NCBI GenBank assembly: GCA_963977015.1
Contig: CAXBMO010000010.1
Span: 32,001-96,000, forward strand
Length of the DNA stretch: 64,000 bases
Source of the DNA: an uncultured bacterium
GTDB lineage: Bacteria; Verrucomicrobiota; Verrucomicrobiia; Verrucomicrobiales; DEV007
Direction of reading: 5' to 3'
Part shown: one piece after another, positions 59,136 to 64,000 of the stretch
Layout of the letters: each line of letters begins with the position of its first letter
Numbering within the stretch: position 1 is the stretch's first letter
Notes under the pieces: generated by a model
What the model saw: only the letters and a program-made list of their open reading frames with translations
Database searches by the model: none
What the model was told of the DNA's origin: nothing
Made by a program: the position numbers and the translations under genes

Positions 59136-60026
59136 ATGTCCCTTCGTCTTGAGATGTTGCAAGTAGCGCGACTGGCTCCCTCCTTACTGGGAGACGCGGT
59201 TGAGTTGATCGAAGGATTCGTGCGTGGAAGCCAAAATGAGGACGGCGGCTTCGGCGATCGCGATGGAAAGAGTGATCTCTATTACACGAGTTTTGCGATT
59301 GATGCCCTGACCGCCCTGCAAAAGGATTTGCCGGAATCGCAGATCGCGGATTTCCTCAACCATTTTGGAGACGGGGAGGGATTGGACTTTGTGCACTTGT
59401 GTTGCTTGGCGCGTTGTTGGTCCGCGTTGAAGTCCGAAACGGTCAATTCGGCTGATTTGGAGGGAATTTTTGGCCGAATTGAGGAGTTTCGAACGCCGGA
59501 AGGCGGCTACGAGCAGTCGCCGACGGCTCAGCATGGTTCCTGTTATGGATGTTTGTTGGCTTATGGCGCCTATGCCGATCACCAGCGAACGCCTCCCAGT
59601 CTGGACGGACTAACGAAGTGTCTCGACGGCCTCCGAACCAGCGAAGGTGCCTGGGCCAACGACACCAACATCCCGATCGGTTCGGGGCCTGCAACTGCGG
59701 CGGCGGTCACTCTTTGTCGGAATTTGCGGCATCCTATGGCCAGCGAGGAGACTGCCAATGCCCTCATGCAATGCTTTGATGTGGAGAGTGGAGGCTTCAA
59801 GGCGATTCCCAATGCTCCGATGCCGGATTTGCTTTCTACCGCGGTGATTCTGCACGCCTTAGACGGATTGCAGGCCCCCTTGGCAAAGCTCAAAGAGCCA
59901 TGTCTGGATTTCATCGATACGCTTTGGACGAACGAAGGCGGGTTCCATGGAACCTGGGCCGATGATGCCCTCGATGTGGAATACACGTATTACGGGTTGC
60001 TAGCCTTGGGACATTTGGCACTGTAA
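59136..60026 (+). CDS. Prenyltransferase/squalene oxidase repeat protein
   Basis: QNEDGGF, SDLYYT.F, PDLLSTA, EGGFHG, DVEYTYYGLLALG repeats. Confidence 0.85.
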   Translation: MSLRLEMLQVARLAPSLLGDAVELIEGFVRGSQNEDGGFGDRDGKSDLYYTSFAIDALTALQKDLPESQIADFLNHFGDGEGLDFVHLCCLARCWSALKSETVNSADLEGIFGRIEEFRTPEGGYEQSPTAQHGSCYGCLLAYGAYADHQRTPPSLDGLTKCLDGLRTSEGAWANDTNIPIGSGPATAAAVTLCRNLRHPMASEETANALMQCFDVESGGFKAIPNAPMPDLLSTAVILHALDGLQAPLAKLKEPCLDFIDTLWTNEGGFHGTWADDALDVEYTYYGLLALGHLAL

Positions 60027-60036
60027 GCGCCCTAAC

Positions 60037-61833
60037 ATGCATCCCGATCTCGATCAGATCATCACCAACGCGCGTTCAAGTCTGCTGGCCGAACGAAACC
60101 CTCAAGGCCACTGGACCGGTGAACTCTCGTCCAGCGCGCTTTCGACCGCGACGGCGATTGTTGCGCTTCACTGCGTCGATCCCGCCAAACACGCCGATTT
60201 GATTCGAGGCGGAGCGAAATGGTTGATTGATACTCAGAATGAAGACGGAGGCTGGGGAGATACGACGATTAGCCTTTCCAATATTTCGACGACGATTCTG
60301 GCGTGGTCGGCGCTGAGTCTGGTCAGCCCGGAAAATCGGAACGAAATTGAACGTTCACAGGGCTGGATTCAGCAAAACGTGGGAGGAACGGAGCCCGCCT
60401 TGCTGGTCAAGAAGGTCACGGAGCGCTATGGCCGCGATCGAACGTTTGCAGTTCCCATTTTGATGACCTGTGCGATTTGCGGTCGTCTCGGAGAGGATAA
60501 ACGGGCTTGGAGTCGCGTTTTGGCGCTTCCGTTTGAGTTGGCGGCATTGCCGCGAGAATGGTTCGCGGCGCTTCGGTTTCCGGTCGTGAGTTACGCGCTT
60601 CCTGCCCTGATCGCGATTGGTTATGCCCGCTTTTTTAATGCGCCGCCGTTGCCGCCGCTTTCGAATATTCGTGCCAAAGTCTGGCCGAAAGCGTCGGAAC
60701 TGCTGACGAGGATTCAGCCCGAAAGCGGCGGTTTTCTCGAAGCCGCGCCTTTGACGAGTTTTGTCACCATGGCGCTGGCGGTCTCCGGTCAACGTGATCA
60801 TTCCGTGGTGATCAAGGGAAGCCAATTCCTGGTTGAGTCCGTCCTGGAAGACGGAAGCTGGCCGATTGACACGAATCTCGCGACGTGGACGACCACCCTG
60901 GCGACGAAAGCTCTTACCATTCGAGGAGAGGATCCGGATTTCAGCGAAGACGCGCGATCGAGCATTCTCAAGTGGTTGCTCGATCAGCAATACAAGGAGG
61001 TGCATCCCTACACCGGCGCGGCGCCGGGTGGCTGGGCATGGACCGATCTAACGGGAGGTGTGCCGGATGCTGACGACACGCCGGGGGCGCTCCTTGCGCT
61101 TCGCGCTCTGAATGGAAATCCTGGCGAGGAGTTGACCGACGCGGCGACTCAAGCGGTGGCGTGGTTGTTGGATCTGCAAAATCGTGATGGCGGGATGCCG
61201 ACATTTTGCCGTGGTTGGGGAACCCAGCCGTTCGATCGCTCGAGTCCGGATTTGACGGCCCACACGCTGCGGGCTTGGAATGCGTGGAAAGAAGACGTGG
61301 ATTCGCGAGTTCGAGCCAATTTGGATCGGGGAGCTGATCGAGCATTGATGTTTCTGCGCAGGGAGCAGGCCCGGGATGGCTCATGGACGCCACTCTGGTT
61401 TGGCAATGAGCGCGCCAAGGAGGAGACCAACAAGACCTACGGGACGGCGATGGTCCTGCTGGCGCTTCGTGAGATTGAAGATTGGCAGCCGGTTTCCAAG
61501 AACATGGGGGGAAGTGCGATGACTTGGTTGCTGTCGAATCAGAACGAAGACGGCGGCTGGGGCGGGGAATTGGGTTGCCCCTCGTCGATCGAGGAAACGG
61601 CTTTGGCGCTTGATGCGATTGCGGCCGGGCTTCCGCGTGACATCAGCAGCGATCGAGTGGTCGCGAAGGCGATTGAGTTCCTCAAGGGCGCGACCAAGGG
61701 CGGTACGGAGTTCTCCCCATCACCGATCGGCTTCTACTTCGCCAAACTTTGGTATTTTGAGCGTCTCTACCCGAAAATCTGGACCGTTTCCGCCTTGGAG
61801 CGGGTGAAACGCAATCAGCCGAAGCCTTCCTGA
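60037..61833 (+). CDS. Squalene-hopene cyclase-like class II terpene cyclase
   Basis: QW repeats (QNEDGGWG, DGSW, QNRDGG, EQARDGSW), GGWAW and a DxDD motif (PDADDT). Confidence 0.85.
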   Translation: MHPDLDQIITNARSSLLAERNPQGHWTGELSSSALSTATAIVALHCVDPAKHADLIRGGAKWLIDTQNEDGGWGDTTISLSNISTTILAWSALSLVSPENRNEIERSQGWIQQNVGGTEPALLVKKVTERYGRDRTFAVPILMTCAICGRLGEDKRAWSRVLALPFELAALPREWFAALRFPVVSYALPALIAIGYARFFNAPPLPPLSNIRAKVWPKASELLTRIQPESGGFLEAAPLTSFVTMALAVSGQRDHSVVIKGSQFLVESVLEDGSWPIDTNLATWTTTLATKALTIRGEDPDFSEDARSSILKWLLDQQYKEVHPYTGAAPGGWAWTDLTGGVPDADDTPGALLALRALNGNPGEELTDAATQAVAWLLDLQNRDGGMPTFCRGWGTQPFDRSSPDLTAHTLRAWNAWKEDVDSRVRANLDRGADRALMFLRREQARDGSWTPLWFGNERAKEETNKTYGTAMVLLALREIEDWQPVSKNMGGSAMTWLLSNQNEDGGWGGELGCPSSIEETALALDAIAAGLPRDISSDRVVAKAIEFLKGATKGGTEFSPSPIGFYFAKLWYFERLYPKIWTVSALERVKRNQPKPS

Positions 61834-61837
61834 GGTG

Positions 61838-62668
61838 CTAGGAGTGTTCGAGGTAGGCCGCTTGGATCTGCTTCAGGAAATCATCTTGGTCGGTTGCCCA
61901 CCAGCGGTTTGAAAAGACCTCGACCTCGTTGAAGCCGTCGAATCCGGCTTCTTCGACCCACCCGCGAATTTGTCGAATGTCGATACAGCCTTCGCCCATG
62001 AGGCCGCGATCATTGAGTAAGTCGGAGGTTGGCGTCATCCAATCGCAAATGTGGAAGGCAAAGAGGCGGTTTTTGGCCGCCGTCAGTTGGATTTGGGATT
62101 CCAAATCAGGATCCCACCAAATGTGGTAAACATCGGCTGCGATTCCAACCAGTGGATGATTGAGTTGATCGCAAACGGCGTTGGCGCTCGCCATGGAATT
62201 GATCGCGCTGCGATCATCGGCATACATGGGATGAAGCGGCTCAATCGCGAGTTTGATGCCGTGTTCTTCCGCTTTGGGAAGAACGGCCGCGATGCCGTCG
62301 GCGATCTGCTGGCGGCTTGTTTCGAGAGGTTGCCCGGGAACGGCTCCGCAGACCAGGACGATCATGGGGGCGCCAAGCTCAGCGGCTTCCTCAATCGCCT
62401 TTTCGTTATCGATAATCGCTTTTTTCCGGTCAGTTCCGGACGTTGATGGGAAAAAGCCACCTCTGCAAAGGGAGGCGATTTCCAAATTTCGCGCCCTCAG
62501 GGCTTCACCCGTTTTGGCGATGTCGCGATTTTCCAGCCATTGGCGCCAGACGGTGATGCCCCCGACGCCGGCATCGGCGTATTTGTCCATCGCAACTTCG
62601 ACGCCCCAAGGCTTGGTGGTGATCGTATGAATGCAGAGTTTTGAGCAATCGATTATTTCCGTGGCCAT
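61838..62668 (-). CDS. Sugar phosphate isomerase/epimerase
   Basis: SLCRGGFF, LAIEPLHPMY..DR, DVYH.WWDP, HICDW, DRG.MG.G.ID, EVEVFS. Confidence 0.9.
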   Translation of the reverse strand: MATEIIDCSKLCIHTITTKPWGVEVAMDKYADAGVGGITVWRQWLENRDIAKTGEALRARNLEIASLCRGGFFPSTSGTDRKKAIIDNEKAIEEAAELGAPMIVLVCGAVPGQPLETSRQQIADGIAAVLPKAEEHGIKLAIEPLHPMYADDRSAINSMASANAVCDQLNHPLVGIAADVYHIWWDPDLESQIQLTAAKNRLFAFHICDWMTPTSDLLNDRGLMGEGCIDIRQIRGWVEEAGFDGFNEVEVFSNRWWATDQDDFLKQIQAAYLEHS

Positions 62669-62781
62669 TTGGCCAGATCGTTTGATTTGGTGTTTGGTGC
62701 AACGAAATCCATTTTATTGGGAAAATTTTGTGTTCGAGGACGTCATTTAGCGAGAACTTCGTTCGATCCATCACCCAATTT

Positions 62782-64000
62782 ATGAAGTCTGTCTTTTTGT
62801 TCGCAATCCTGGCCTGTCTCGTGACCGCGGCCCAGGCTGAAGTGCGGACGTGGACGGACAGCAAGGACCGGAAGGTCGAAGCCGAATTGGTGGGCATTGA
62901 ATCGAGTGGTTCCGGGCCGATTGTTCAGTTGCGGGGGAAGAACGGCAAAGTCATCCAGTTTCCCTTCCGCCTCCTCAGCCGCGAGGATCAATCCTACGTC
63001 AAAAAGAACCTTCCCTACGATCCGAGGCGTGCTGCCGAGCAGATTGACGCCTTGGTTTGGGAAAAACTGCGACAGGCGAACGGGGATCTGAAACTGCAGC
63101 TATCGCGCGTCATGCAGGATTCGAGTCTGAGCCGGTCGGATCGCCTCCAGAAAAAGGAGGAAATCGAATTTGAGATTTCGCTGACTCACCCGACCAACGA
63201 GCTGAGTGACGAGCAATTTGTTCGTCGGGTTTATCTCGACATCGCCGGGCGGATTCCAACCTACCAGGAAACGACGGAATTTCTGGATCAGAACGGGAAG
63301 GACAAGCGCGCTGAGTTGATCGACGATTTGTTGGTTTCGGATGGATTCACGAGCCACTTTTTCAATTACCTCAGCGATCTCCTTCGCATCCGCAGCAAGC
63401 TTTCGATGAATGGCGGCCAGGGGCTTCATAGCGGCGCCTATCACGATTGGGTGAAGGACCAAATTCGGAGCAACCGCGGTTGGGATGAGATTGTGAAGAG
63501 CCTGGTGACGGCGGAGGGCACGCTTTGGGAGAATCCGGCGGTCGGCTATGCACTGACTGATTTGGGAATGCCGCTCTGTAATCTTTCCAACACGTTTACG
63601 GTATTCCTCGGAACGGAAATCACCTGTGCGCAATGCCACGATCATCCCTTTGAAGAAGTCTATCAGATGGATTTCTATCGAATGGCGGCTTTTTTCGGAA
63701 AGGTGGAAACGGGACAGCTTGATGATCAGAAATCCAAGTTCCTGGCGAAACAAGCTGCCCGGCTGCAGAATGAAATCGCGAAGTTGGATGCGGGCAGCAA
63801 GATGGGCAGTGGGAATTCAATGGGGGAGATCATGGGCTCGCTGCGCTATTCGGTTCGCGATGGTGAAACCAACCGAACCAAATTGCCCCATGACTACAAG
63901 TATGATGATGGGGAACCGCTTCAGTTTGTCGAGCCGGCAACGTATTTTGGGGAGATCGTCGAACTGGAAAACTATCCGAATCCACGGATGGCGTTTGGTG
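62782..64000 (+). CDS. Exported SHD1 + DUF1549 domain protein, 3'-truncated (absent from ORF track)
   Basis: Manual translation: MKSVFLFAILACLVTAAQA-EVRTWTDSKDR...LSREDQ...SDEQFVRRVYLDIAGRIPT...FLGTEITCAQCHDHPF; runs to the window end. Confidence 0.88.
   Translation, partial: MKSVFLFAILACLVTAAQAEVRTWTDSKDRKVEAELVGIESSGSGPIVQLRGKNGKVIQFPFRLLSREDQSYVKKNLPYDPRRAAEQIDALVWEKLRQANGDLKLQLSRVMQDSSLSRSDRLQKKEEIEFEISLTHPTNELSDEQFVRRVYLDIAGRIPTYQETTEFLDQNGKDKRAELIDDLLVSDGFTSHFFNYLSDLLRIRSKLSMNGGQGLHSGAYHDWVKDQIRSNRGWDEIVKSLVTAEGTLWENPAVGYALTDLGMPLCNLSNTFTVFLGTEITCAQCHDHPFEEVYQMDFYRMAAFFGKVETGQLDDQKSKFLAKQAARLQNEIAKLDAGSKMGSGNSMGEIMGSLRYSVRDGETNRTKLPHDYKYDDGEPLQFVEPATYFGEIVELENYPNPRMAFG

Noticed and set aside
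63100-63753. 217-aa minus-strand ORF at the window end
   Set aside because: Shadow of the + strand SHD1-DUF1549 gene that runs off the window.
1-64000. CRISPR array, rRNA or prophage
   Set aside because: No regularly spaced direct repeats, rRNA-like segments or phage structural genes were seen.

Overview
This is a 64-kb bacterial chromosomal segment. Gene content points to the PVC superphylum, most likely Verrucomicrobia: four DUF1549/DUF1553 proteins, DUF1501, SHD1-domain exported proteins and sulfatases. Most of it is housekeeping (holB, tmk, bamD, lptE, rsmI, dnaE, rapA, gatB, aroC, proB, aroE, gltX, tRNA-Arg-CCG, tRNA-Thr-CGT). Six items stand out. (1) An exported HMA/MerP-like gene missed by the ORF track has an in-frame TGA at the first Cys of its metal-binding motif (GVT-U-AG-C) followed by a bacterial SECIS-like hairpin, making it a selenoprotein candidate. 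(2) A two-gene module pairs a winged-helix/GrpE-like protein with an Hsp70-type ATPase that lacks a substrate-binding domain. (3) A 1740-aa nuclease-STAND (Avs/NLR-like) defence candidate sits beside an ISL3 remnant at the 3' end of tRNA-Thr. (4) An AraC-linked fbaA-dhaL-lsrF locus carries three copies of a repeated operator-like motif, one of which precedes a candidate ~95-nt sRNA. (5) A CTAG-bounded palindromic MITE-like element contains the stop codons of both flanking genes. (6) A pair of prenyltransferase/class II terpene cyclase genes. All calls come from reading motifs by eye; no database searches were run.
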